From Paraspadella gotoi (taxonomy: Eukaryota; Animalia; Chaetognatha), in NCBI GenBank assembly GCA_051294375.1, contig CM119269.1, positions 14,206,612 through 14,270,611 of the forward strand: DNA of 64,000 bases, given 5' to 3'. Shown here piece by piece: positions 45,769-58,429 of the stretch. The translations under genes were made by a program, and so were the position numbers. Under the pieces are notes generated by a model. It searched no databases and was not told the origin of the DNA. It was given only the letters and a program-made list of their open reading frames with translations. Each line of letters begins with the position of its first letter. Positions within the stretch are counted from its first letter, which is position 1.

Positions 45769-46619
45769 AAGAAAACGAAAAATAGGGGGAGAAAGAGAGA
45801 GAGTGAGCTGGAGAGAAAGACAGAAGGGGACTTAGTATAGAAAAATATCGCCCGTTTAGCTCCCCGCATTCAATTGACTTATAAAGTTGACCCGTGATCA
45901 TTCATTAGTATCTCTTATTTGCCGATATCTTCCACCTTCACATTCAAAATTCTTTTTTATGGACCTAATTTTTTCTGCGAACGTAACTCAGTATTTTTTC
46001 GACTTCTGTTACGTTAGTTGTCCTTCAATAGATTCGTTTCCGTTGCTTATATGTCTGATGACCTTGAAAAAAAAATATACATTTATAATTTATCTGTTTT
46101 CTCCAAGAGTTAATCACGGCGTGTGACAAATTGTAACTGCTATCCCATCGATTTCAGTTAGTTTCTTTTCTGAATTAAAGTTAAACTAAAATTAAAATTC
46201 AACACGATTATTTGTAATGAGGACACGTAATTCAAAGGGAGTCGATTTGTTGATTTTAATCATAGTAATACTGAGTAAAAGTGTACATTGAAGTTCTTTT
46301 TTAATCATCCATAGAGGTAGTTTGGTTAATCAACGCTAAACATCAAAGGCTCCAACTTCGATTCTTCAAACATCCCGTCCGCTGTGTCAACCAAATGGCC
46401 GCCGTCGTCACCTCCGCCGCCGCCGCCGCCGCCGCCCCCGACGCCGCCCTGCACCGCGACGCCGCCGACAACGACAGCGACGACGAGATTGGGGTCGGGG
46501 TCGGCGTGGATCGTGGCGGCGATGACGAGGGCGCCGGCGACGCCTTCCGCCGAATCTTTCATCTTAATTGAACTTTTGCCATTTGTCAAAGTCCGAAGAC
46601 GAAGAAAAACGGTTTTTTG

Positions 46620-46684
<65 letters not shown>

Positions 46685-47069
46685 TTGTGTTCAAGAAATA
46701 GTCTGTCATTCATCAAGAAAAACTGAATATGAAATCTTATATGAATTTCACGGAAAAAACTACGTAAAGGAAACAATTGTCACCTTGCTCTTTAAAAGTC
46801 GGAACAAAATATAAGAAACATATATCCTGTATAATATACAGTGTATATATATATATCGTATAACAATACCAAGCGTTCGGACGTACTGACCAATGTATTT
46901 ATAATAACTTATCCACCGAATTATTATAATTAGTACGCGGTTACTTGAAGCAACTTCTGCATAAATCCATTTTAAACGTAGAAACGTCAAGACACAACGT
47001 GATGCTAACAGGCAAAGGACAGCAAGGTCAACAAATGCCNNNNNNNNNNCCGCCGCTTCCGCCGCCTCT

Positions 47070-47437
47070 GCTTCCGCCGCCGCCGCCAGCCGACGACGGT
47101 CGTCATAGAAACTCGATATCACGTCTTGTTATTCAAAGAGAAGGAGGGAGAGAGAGAGATATGTGTTTTTCCCAGCGCAATTGAAGAGAGAGAACGAGAG
47201 GAAAAAAAAAAACAAAGAGAGAGAGTTCACAAATGGCCGCCCGCGGCGCAGGCTTAGCCGCCTCTGCGTTACGCCGCGCACCGCCGCCACCACGACTTCC
47301 AGAGCCCGCCTGCTCGCCGCCGCCGCCAGCCGACGACGGTCGTCATAGAAACTCGATATCACGTCTTGTTATTCAAAGAGAAGGAGGGAGAGAGAGAGAT
47401 ATGTGTTTTTCCCAGCGCAATTGAAGAGAGAGAACGA
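47070..47437. repeat. ~130-bp direct duplication next to a gap
   Basis: CGCCGCCGCCAGCCGACGACGGTCGTCATAG...GAGAGAACGAG occurs twice, 240 bp apart. Confidence 0.85.
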
Positions 47438-47533
47438 GGAGGAAAAAAAAAACAATAAAAATAAAGTGGAGAAAAAAGAAAAAAGGATTCAAAGGCAAGG
47501 GAAAGGGAAAGGGGAGAAATATACTACTATACC

Positions 47534-47624
<91 letters not shown>

Positions 47625-49000
47625 TGCCCCCCCTAACTGGATATCGGAAAAGAGAGAACCCGCCNNNNNNNNNNNNNNNNNNNNNNNNNGCCGGAAATGT
47701 CTCCCCCCGGATGTAATTGGAGAAATTCGGAGAGAAAGCGGATGTAATTGGAGAATGGGCTAAGAGCGGCGACGAAGAGAGCGGGAAAAGTTACCCGATG
47801 ACCATTTTTCTCTTTTTATGTCTTTTTTCTCCCTCGAGATTCTTTTCCTCCCGTCGCCCGCTTTTCTTTTTTTTAAACTTAATTTTCCTTAATTTTCTTT
47901 TCCTTTTTTTTTCCCATTTTTTTTGTGGAGGGGGGAGCGACAAGCATAAAAAAAGAGGTCAAAAAATTGTCTCGCCGTCGATGACGGACGTTGCTGATGG
48001 TCGTTGCTCTTGGTCGGTGGCGTCGTTTTTCGTTTTTCTGGCAGCAACGACGTTTGGGCGATCAGCGGAATGTTGGCGTCATTGAGACGTGCGGTTGGAG
48101 GCTCTGTTGTTGTTATTGTTGTTATTCTTGGTAGTTTTTTACCCCGGCTGCTGTGGCTGTTCCTGCGGCTGCGGCAGCTGGCGAGGTAACTATTGTTGTT
48201 TTGATTTTGTATGAAATTGGTACAACCAATTTCGAATTATCCATTCATTTGATAAATGTAAAATGTATTTGAGCTTTTGCTGTTGCTGTAGTCGTTGTTG
48301 TTGTCATAGTTGTTGTTCTCGTTACCCATGGAAACAGAAAAAACAAAGACACGTTGACCAAAATAAGCGAGATGTCGCTTCCGTGGCAACGAGAGAGAAG
48401 GTAAGTTGTTTGGATAAGTCACGAGAAAAGATCGAGCGCGACTTTTATCCAAAATCTTTTTTTTCTTAATTTAAGAATTTAAACATTTTTACCGGGATCT
48501 CCGATCGGTTTGGAATGTCGACGGATGAGGTTAGAGAATTGAGTTATTGGCAACGTCGCAAACTAAGGTATGAAAAGTTAAAAAGTAAAGTAGGGCATTT
48601 CAAAAAATAAAGTCGGGATAAGTCAGAAAGTGACGAAAGTAAGGTCGAGTATGTCAGAAAGTGAGGACGGGTAGGTCAGAAAGTAAGGTTGGGTACGACA
48701 GAAAGTAAGATCAGGAAAGTCTGAATGAAAAACTTTGGATGAATACTTTTTGCTGTGGAGGGAGAAAGTCAGACCGACTCGTGTTTTCGATTCCCATTTG
48801 TGAAGTGGATAATTTATGAGCCTCACCTGCAACAACTGACAAGTAGGAGATCAATCTAATCACCCGAGCAGATCACCAGCGTCGATCACCTGTCACCTGA
48901 GGACAATGTTGACTCAGAGAGAAAGAAAAACAATGAAGGAATTTTTATTTCGGGTAAAACTGGACTGACTTGAAACTACATAGCGGGAATGTTTTTAAAT

Positions 49001-49107
<107 letters not shown>

Positions 49108-49496
49108 TCCCGTCTCCCGTTGCCAAATTGTCGTATAGCTTTGCCGCAATTTTTTTTCTTCGTCACGGTTGAATTTGTGGATTACTATTTAAATATTTAA
49201 TCGGCTAGAAAATTCTGACTTTTTGTCGTTTCGAAGTTTAAATTTAAAAAGGTGTTTTGACAGTTTTGTTGTTCTTTTGTGCTGCTCGAGGTGAAAAATA
49301 AGTATTCCGTGAAAAGACCGGCACCCGATTAACTTTGTTGTTTCTTTCATTTCTTGAAAATAATTGAAATTTAATGAAAGAGTTAAAATTTTAAACCGCG
49401 GTACGTTTAGGAATATTCAATTTAATTAGCCTTCAAAATGTCTTTGCTCCGCGTTAATGGGTCAGAGAAGAGAGACAAAAATGATACTTAAGGCGG

Positions 49497-49550
<54 letters not shown>

Positions 49551-49773
49551 ACTCATTGAAATGCATTATTTCGAACCGCCTAATCTCAAAAGGCCGAAGA
49601 GCGTCAAAATCCATTCTCCTCTCATTTTTAACCCTAATACACTTGAGATTCGCGTGGTCGATTTATGCACAACCGGCACTTTGGTTATTTCTCGTTATTT
49701 CAACGGTTCATTATTGAATGCTCATCGATTCTCTCTTCTCTCTCTCTTTATCTCTCTCTCTCTTTATCTCTCT

Positions 49774-49819
<46 letters not shown>

Positions 49820-49821
<2 letters not shown>

Positions 49822-50132
49822 CTTTCTCGGGTTCATTATTCGAACTCATCGATTCTCTCTCTCTCTCTCTCTCTCTCTATTTTCTTTCCACACGACATCT
49901 CATTAAATCTCTTTCCAAAAACATAATCTTTCTTCCTCCAAAAAAAAATAAATCCCCTTCCCTTCTGTTTCGTCTTCAGACCCCGAGCCTCTCCTCCGTC
50001 TCTTCGGTGCCGGCCGGCGACGCGAGGCCTTTCGGCCCATTTGGACCCAAGAAAGCGGAGGTCAGTCAGTCAGTCATCGGAAAGGATTGGATCCTCGAAA
50101 CGGAATCGTCGCGGGGAACAAGAGAGAGAGAG

Positions 50133-50193
<61 letters not shown>

Positions 50194-51001
50194 CCGTTGT
50201 CGTCGTCGTTGTTGTTGTTGTCGTGCGTCAGGCGATTTGCAGATTACAATCCGATTATCAATAATCGTTTTTGAAAAAAATCATGAGAAAAAACCGTAAT
50301 TACGAAGAGGACGACGAAGGGAAATTGGGCTTCGGATTAATTTTATCTATTTAAATAATATTGTTTTACTACTGTTTTATAAGCGAAGTTTTTAACTTTA
50401 TGATAGTTTTCAAATGTCTTCATTTGCTTCGTATAACCAATTTTGACGATTGGATTTATTTTTAGTTTTGTTATTTGGTTTTTTTTGGGGAGGGGGGCAT
50501 TTTTAAAAAATCTGGATGTTCCCAAACCAGCAAGCCGGAGTTACTAAAAAAAACACCCTTTAGTATTATTGATAACTGCGCTTCGAACACACCCATAGAC
50601 CGTCTGACTCGTAGCGGCCGATGACTATATCCCCGTCGCCAAACCGATCATAAGGACGCTGCGTGGGCCGATGGGACTCAGGATATTTCAAAACTTCTCC
50701 GTCTGAAATGTTTTCCTCTTGATCCTTAGATGCTTTTTTTTTTTTAATTTTCAGATTTCGTCGATGCTTTTTTTTTTTTTTGATGGATTGCTTTTTTTTA
50801 TTGTTTCGTCTCTTCCCTACGAGATCTAATTCGCTTTGATGTCTTCTTCTCTTCTCCCGTCGTTGGATTAATTTCCTCTTTAAAACTCGAGAAATACGGG
50901 ACCCGGACTTGATATACTTCGGATTGCTTCATCCTGGAAAGGAAACAACTCGTTCTAAATATTAATCAGTTTCTAGCGTGTTAGTTTATTAGCCTTATTT
51001 T

Positions 51002-51055
<54 letters not shown>

Positions 51056-51159
51056 TCTCTCTCTCTCTTATGTGATTCATTTGAGAATACAAACGTTCTT
51101 TTTTTTCTTAGTTTATTGACACAAGTTGATCCCTCGTCTTCGAGGCCGAACACCTATTG
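49820..51159 (+). repeat. Segment duplicated at ~61520-62845 and partly at 63509-64000
   Basis: Colinear near-identity, e.g. CCACACGACATCTCATTAAATC, GACCCAAGAAAGCG, GTTGATCCCTCGTCTTCGAGGCCGAACACCTATTG. Confidence 0.92.
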
Positions 51160-52801
51160 NNNNNNNNNNNNNNNNNNNNNNNNNGTGACAACGCGGCGTT
51201 GAATCGTGGGAAAGCTCTCGCGAAATCGCCGTTAGCAGCCCCCGAGACGCGGAAGAGATTGCAGAAATAAACGAATCGAAAACCGAACTTCATCTCACTG
51301 CTAGTTTCGAGAGAGAAGCGGCATGCACATCCCGTCGCCGTGTTCCAAAAATTACGCCCGCGGCGTCGTCTCGGCTAGTCAGGATCCCTAACGCAATGAA
51401 AGCAGAGCCAGGAAGGCCCGCCGCGGATCCTTACGTCCGTCCGAAAGTTTTGCCAGTATTCTTTCATGTTGGAATCGTCAATTTCGCTGGCACCCAAGGC
51501 CGACGCAGGCGGGACTTCCTTCTCAACGGGTTCCGCCGAAAACCGTTGGCTAGAGAATCTTCGACGAAACGCTTGATTGAAAGACGATCCGCAAAACGAA
51601 GACTTCTAAGTATTGAACATTCGTAAGAGTCTGGGCTGTCAAGATGGAAACTACTGGCTGAGCTGATCCTGCGCTATCAAAACGAGGAGGAATTCCGAGT
51701 TTAGATGCCGCGGACGAGACGATGGCGCCGTTTCTCTTGACGCTCAGATGATCTGACCGACAAAGTCTAAGCCAGCCACTCTAGTTGGTATTCTGAGTAG
51801 AGAGAGGCTTAGAGTTAGAATCCTGGGCAAGAATAACAAAACATTTTAATACACCACTCAGGCAATATAGTATATATATAAGTTTTAACAGAATCCATCT
51901 TACTTTGGGTTTCTGAAAGCCAATTTGTAGATAATGGTTGCCTCTATCACAAGGGAAGGTCACCAATCCAGCGATCCACTAGTTCTTTATTTAAAAAGAA
52001 GGTTTTCGAATATCTTAACATAGCGACTTTATTCTATCTTTAAAAAAGTAGTCAAAAAACGCATTGCAAGATGAACAAAAAACTGAGAGGTTCACACGTC
52101 GATAGCAAAATCAATGCTGAGATCTAACGAAACCCGGCGAACCAATCAGAAACAAGCCATGCGCCTTAAGCACTCGGAAGCTGTTAATATACACAACCTG
52201 ATGATACAAATTTAGACCAACCAAAGATGTCCGTGTTGGGATCGGAAGAAATAAAATTTCCTTTGCGTTAGTAAAATAGATCTACAAGCAGCCATGGGTG
52301 AAAGAAGAGATTGATGGTGCATGGGTATAGTATAATTTGATACATGATTTCGTAACGAGAGAAGTTCATTGTAATATGGTCGTATAAATTTGACTTACCT
52401 TTCCCCTGCCATGCTGTTTTAGCGTTTTTTGTAATTCCTTGTAAGAAAAGTTGAACTTATTAAAAAACGGTATTTTTAAATCCTTGGAGGATCTTAATGA
52501 GAACGAATTGGATTTCTATATCTCAGTTCCAAACATTCTTTTTTTCATTCGGTCCTTTTCGTCGAAAAGCCCGAAACTGCGACAGTCTCAAAAACGCCAC
52601 ACCCCCCCGCCAAATATGACCCTAATGCCATTTACTCCTAACCATACGCTCCTGCATCTTTTTTTCGTTTCCGTTTCGTTTCGCAACCATCTTTTTCAAC
52701 TGCAGCCTGTTTCCACGGTTCCCCCTTTGGCATCTTGGTGTGAGCCACCTGTTCTCTTCTTTCATTAAGGTCGACTTTAATATTCTCCTATCTCTATCTA
52801 T

Positions 52802-52848
<47 letters not shown>

Positions 52849-53539
52849 CTCTCTCTCTTCTCTCTCTCTCTCTCCTCTCTCCGACATCCGGGTCACACCT
52901 TCATCTCATCTCATTCCCTTTCTTCCACAGGGCTCATCCTTTTTATAACTCCACCTTCTACAGTCCCATCGCAGACAATTTTATCTCTTTTTAGAGCTAT
53001 CTTATCTTCTTTAAAGTTTGACTGCAATTGCCTTCTCAATTGTCAACATCAACGAAATTGCCTTATACTTCCTTTACACACAATTCCTTCTTTCACGGTT
53101 TATTCTATCCTCTCTCATTCGCAGAGTATTTGAAAATTGTGTTCCCTTCACCATAACTTATCTTTCACATCCATTAATCACTTTCAGTTTTTTTTTCCTC
53201 CCTTATCTTCGCATATTACCTAACAGGAGACCTCTTTTAGCCCATTCAAAGATAATTGTTTGGATAACTCTAAATATATAATCTATGTATAATCTAATGG
53301 CTAATGTAATTTACCGTACAGGTTTTTTTGCCCTATTGTTTACTATGGATCGTGGTCCAACCGGATTCTAAAAAATCTTCTCGGCCATTCCCTCGCTGGA
53401 GCTAAAGACACTTTTTCACGCTCTTACTTTCCCATTCCCTGACGATTCACCATGCCCCTTCCTACCGCTGCCGTTCTTTTCAATTCGCAGATCTAACGAA
53501 CGCCAAGTCCAGAAACCATTCTCTCTCTCCTCTCTCTCT

Positions 53540-53581
<42 letters not shown>

Positions 53582-54671
53582 CTTCTCTTCTCTCACTCTC
53601 TCTCTCATTCCTCTCATCTCCTCAAAGCCTTGATTTATCCATTTGTTATTCTTGGGTCGTCGATTTCCCTCCACCGGACGCCGACGAGCCAACGACGACG
53701 GACGACGAAGACGACAACGACGACGACCGCAATGATCCTCCTCCCGCATTACCCCGAATCGCTTTTGTATGCGACGCCTTCTGCTCCTTCTTCGACTTCC
53801 AGCGAGGGCGATTTCGGGTTCTTCACTTCATTTTCCGCTTGTTTTGGTAACAAGTTTTCATTTTCGCTCTCTTTCCCCTTCGTCCCTGAATTCTCCCTCG
53901 GTGGAGCAGAGCGTTTGTTGCGTTCGCCTACGGCGAACAAGAGGGTTCCGGGTTCGATTTCTGCATCTTAAATTTTTTCTTCGGAGAGATTATAAGACGA
54001 TAACGTCAAAGAAGTTAGAAATTCGCTGAGAGGTTTGGAAAACATTTCGCCCTCACTCCTATCATTCACTATACGAAGTTAACAATTTTGTACTAATTTA
54101 ATAATCAAAGAATGCATGAAGGTCTTACTGCATCAGGTCGAAATATCTGTTTCTTATTGAATTTGTATTTAGATGTGTGAAAGATATCATGCCAGATCTC
54201 CTGTAATTGCTATTATTAGATTCGCTTCCGACTATGGCATGAATGGGTTTAAAGTTTGTGTTCAGATTAAGGGTCGAAGTTGTCTCACCAAGCTTGGCAA
54301 ACCACAACATCAAACGACGTATCATCTCATTTTTCATAATTCATCATTCGCGACGAGCGGAAGATTTTGTCGGGCCTCGAACCCGCGCAGCCGATCGGGA
54401 CGAAGAATCCGCGCTAATCGTTCGCCCTACATTCTTAGGTTTTTCACATCTTCCTTCTTCCTTCCTTCTCTCCTTCCTTCCTCCCTTCCTCCTTCCTCCT
54501 TCCTTTCTTCCTTCTTCCTCCTTCCTTCCTTCCTTCCTTCATCCTTTCACTTTCTTTCCCTATCCTCTTCTTTCTTTTTTTCTTCTTCCTTCCTACCTTT
54601 CTTCCCTTCCTTACCTTCGCTTCCTTCCTTTTCTTCTTTCTTCTTTCTTTCTTCTTTCCTTCTTTCTTTCT

Positions 54672-54711
<40 letters not shown>

Positions 54712-55132
54712 TTCTTTCTTTCTTTCTTTCTCCTTCCCTTCCTTTTCTTTTCTTTCTTTCTGTCTTTTGCTTTCTTTCTCTCTTTTCTTTTGCTTCTTCT
54801 TCTTTCTTTCCTCCTTCCTTCCTTCCTTCTTCCTTCCTTTTCTTTCTTTACTTTCTTTCTCTCCTTTCTTTCTTCTTTCTTTCTCTAGATTATAATATAT
54901 CGTCTCCGGACCCACTCTTATTCTCACTAACTACTTTTCTACTTTCTCCTAAGGGTTCCGGTAAAATGAAATGTGTACTTGTGCATATTTCATAGAATAT
55001 TTGGAAACATCTCATCCCCAAAGCGACGTAACTTTAATTAGGGCCGAAAATACAGCTCTGCATTACTGAATCGGCCGTTTATTCTCCCCTTTAGTCTACG
55101 GGGCGCGCCCGGAAATACGAAACTCACTCTCA

Positions 55133-55173
<41 letters not shown>

Positions 55174-58100
55174 CGAGAGAGAGAGAGACGAGAGAGAGAG
55201 AGAGAGAGGAGAACTTAAGATAAATAGATGATAGATACAGAAATTAAACAAATCCTAAGCAAAGAGCTTCGTATTACTTGTCATTGTCATGTATTCAAAA
55301 ATGTAAATTGTGCACGGATTAAACAGACAGACAGGGACGTGACAAAAAGATAGAGCACATCTATCGTCCCCCAAAGGGGGATTTTTGTCATTCCAGAGTA
55401 TCAAACCCCTGGGACTCCAGGGGCCTAATTTGACCTCTTTTAAGGCGAAAACGCCATACATTTGGGAAAAATGGAGATTGTCATTGCTAACCCTGTACTC
55501 GAGTATCAGCAAAGCCTCCCTCGTCCCCTTTCTTTTTCTCTTTATGCTGATGTCGGTTTATTTTGCCATGATTTTTTTATCCTTTTCCCTTCAGTTCAGT
55601 ATCGTATTAAAATTAATCACTTTTTTATTCGATTCATCTTTGATTTCCTTTTTGCCTCATTTCATTTATTTTAAACTATTTTAGTATAAACTGTCTTTCT
55701 TTATCTTTATTTTTCTTTTTTATTCTTTTCTTCCCACCCCGATGGCGTCGCCTGCCTTTAATGAGGCCCTTTCCCCTCCATCGATTCAGAGAAAGAGGAT
55801 CAGCACCGCCAACGGAAAAAGGGGTCGTTTGCGGGCGTGGCACCGATCGCTGGGCCTCGATTTTGGGCGCGGCCTTCAAAATGTTTTTGGGGTCGCTTTA
55901 TATGGACAAATTTGAAGCTTTAATTGAGGTGAACAATTCACACGGATAAGTTTTTTCTGCTTTTTTTCTAGCGGACGGGTCAGAGAGCAAAAAAGCCAAA
56001 AACAGCTCAAAATTAGCTCCTTTAATTTTTTCGTCGTTTGTGAGCGGCGATATTGTTGCGAGAGTTGGACGAACTTTTGTGAGTCTCACGAGTGTGATTG
56101 GGCGCCGCCCCGGGAGAATTCGTTGACACCGCGCTCACGCCGGTCGTTTCGCGGGGGTCTCGAAAAAATTGACACCGATATGTAGAAGACATAAAATGAG
56201 GAGACGGAAGAAGGAAGACAGAAAAATTGGGAAGGAAAATAAAAAGAAGGAAAAAAGAAAAAAAGAAGGAAAGAGAGAAAAAAAAGCCCTGAAGAGATTT
56301 GACGACACGCAAGAAATGGCCAGTCACTTTCATATAGTAAGAAATTTTGTAAAAAACCAATTTTAAAAACCGACAAACAAAGAAATATATAAAATTTATA
56401 AATATATGAATTTTTATTTAACTATCTTTAGAATATAAATATATTTCGTAAGATAGTGAAGACAACAAAGTCAAAACAAAGTCATTTAAAGGATAGAAAC
56501 TATTTAAAAAAAGAATCAAAAATGAAATTAAATTTTATTGTGGTTCTTAGTTAGTGTTGTAAACACTTTGTACGAACGGTTTTTTTCTCGGTTGTTCCCA
56601 TCAACTTCAAAAAGCAATAAGTGTTCTAAGTTCCAACGATAGCAATACACAGTAAAAATGAATACCATAGGCAATTAGCGTCCCTCGTCAGGTTGACTCT
56701 GACACTTTAAGCCTTCATTCCGAAAACCAACGGAGTCTGGAGTGCCACTTGAGACGCCGCCACCCGCCTCTGTGCCCTTTACTTACGGCCACGAACTGAA
56801 AAAAGAAAAGGCGAGAGACAAGCGGAGAGATGGGAGAAAAGAAAAAAATAAAGAGAGAGAGAGAGAGGTACGAGAGGGAGAGAGAGAGAGAGAGAGAGAG
56901 AGAAGAGAGAGAGAGAAAGCCGAAGAGGGAGAAAAAACATTTTGACATTATTGCCAGGAATGGACGAAGCGGAAAAATTGAAAGCTGATACCTAAAAGTT
57001 GGGCGAAACGTATTTCCGTTTTTGACCGAAAATGGTTTGGCCGGACGCGATGTGGCCGTGGTCGTTTTCTGTCTCCGGTTTTTATGTGGGTTTTTTCTTG
57101 GGGGGGGCTTTTTTTATTTTATTTTTTTGCGCATGAGTTCAAGCTTGTTTATTGTTGATTCTTTTTAGCGATGCAATCTGAGATTTTGGTTGACGCAAGC
57201 AATTATTTAGCCATAAACCCGATTCGATGTTGTTGTTTCGATAAATGCATGATGCTTGCTAAATGAACCGTTTCAGCTTCCTCCCCAAAAAAAGGAAGAT
57301 AAATGAGGCCAAATCTTGTTTTCGTCCTCAGTTAATCTCGATCCCACCCAAATTTACTTCCCCTCGTTTTCTCTCATTTCTGTTTTTCCTCCAACGGCCT
57401 GTATTATCTCCTTTAGTTATTTTAGGCCGAGCACACAAGATTTTGTATTAAAAAGTTTTTCCTTACAAATTTGAGGTACCGAACGATTTAGGGAAATGTT
57501 ATTTCTAGCGCTTTATGCCAAAAAAATCAGCAAATCCCGGGCCAGTGCATTTCCAAAAGTTATGGCCCAAAACTGCTCACCCCAAAAAATCCGCTTCTCG
57601 CGTAATCAAGTTCGCCCTATGTTTAAGCTGATTTCAATTTTGGTGTGGTCCCCCCATAAGGATTTGTACTACGAGCACCGGTATGAGTAGAATGCTCGAT
57701 TCCGGGCCCAAGATTCCAATAAAAACCGGAGCGAAGAAAATCCCGAAGCACGCGCGAATCGGGAAAAAGATCATGATATTTGCAGAAATAAAATCATTAC
57801 TTATCTTTAACAATATTAATTAATAATTGTTATTGCCTTAAATTTATTTTTATCATGGTTAAAATCCTCTGGATGTAAATAATGGTTGTTATAATATGGT
57901 GGACTAAAATCCACCAACCGTTCGATCAGCGGCCATTGTTGCCGGAGGCCAAAGTCATTCGGGCTTTCCGGTGGTCAGGTCTGGCAGTTAAGAGGGACGG
58001 CCGCTTAAAACCCGCCTTGTTAACATGGGTAATTACAGCTCTGATCCTCGAAGCTCAGGGACTGCTAGTTATAGTCTTGGTGACCTGAATATGACCTCGG

Positions 58101-58429
58101 TCCAATTTAAAACTTACCCTCGCGCCAAAAATACAACTCCACCAAAACAATATGAAACCTCAAGCGTCCTTTAGTTCTCGTCGTCGTCGGTTTCAACTCT
58201 TCTCTCTCTCCATCCTTTCTATATTTGAAAAAAATTGGTTTTTTTCTCCTCTCTCTTAAAAATAACGTCGTCTTAGAACCTGTTTATTTTCGTTTTGTCT
58301 ACAATCTAATTTTTTGCCTCAAGTATTTTTTCGTCTATTTTTATTATTGTTAAGTACGTTGTTAATAACGTATACATTCTCAATTGTAAATATTGTTTTT
58401 TTAGTAAGTAGTTAATAATTAATTAAAAA

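Noticed and set aside
46326-46562. Gly/Val-rich minus-strand ORF (MKDSAEGVAG...)
   Set aside because: Short, driven by a GCC repeat, no splice partners or recognisable family.
51185-51800. LTR with a primer-binding site (TGGTATTCTGAG)
   Set aside because: No second LTR or TSD visible, the boundary is hidden by a gap, and the PBS match is poor.
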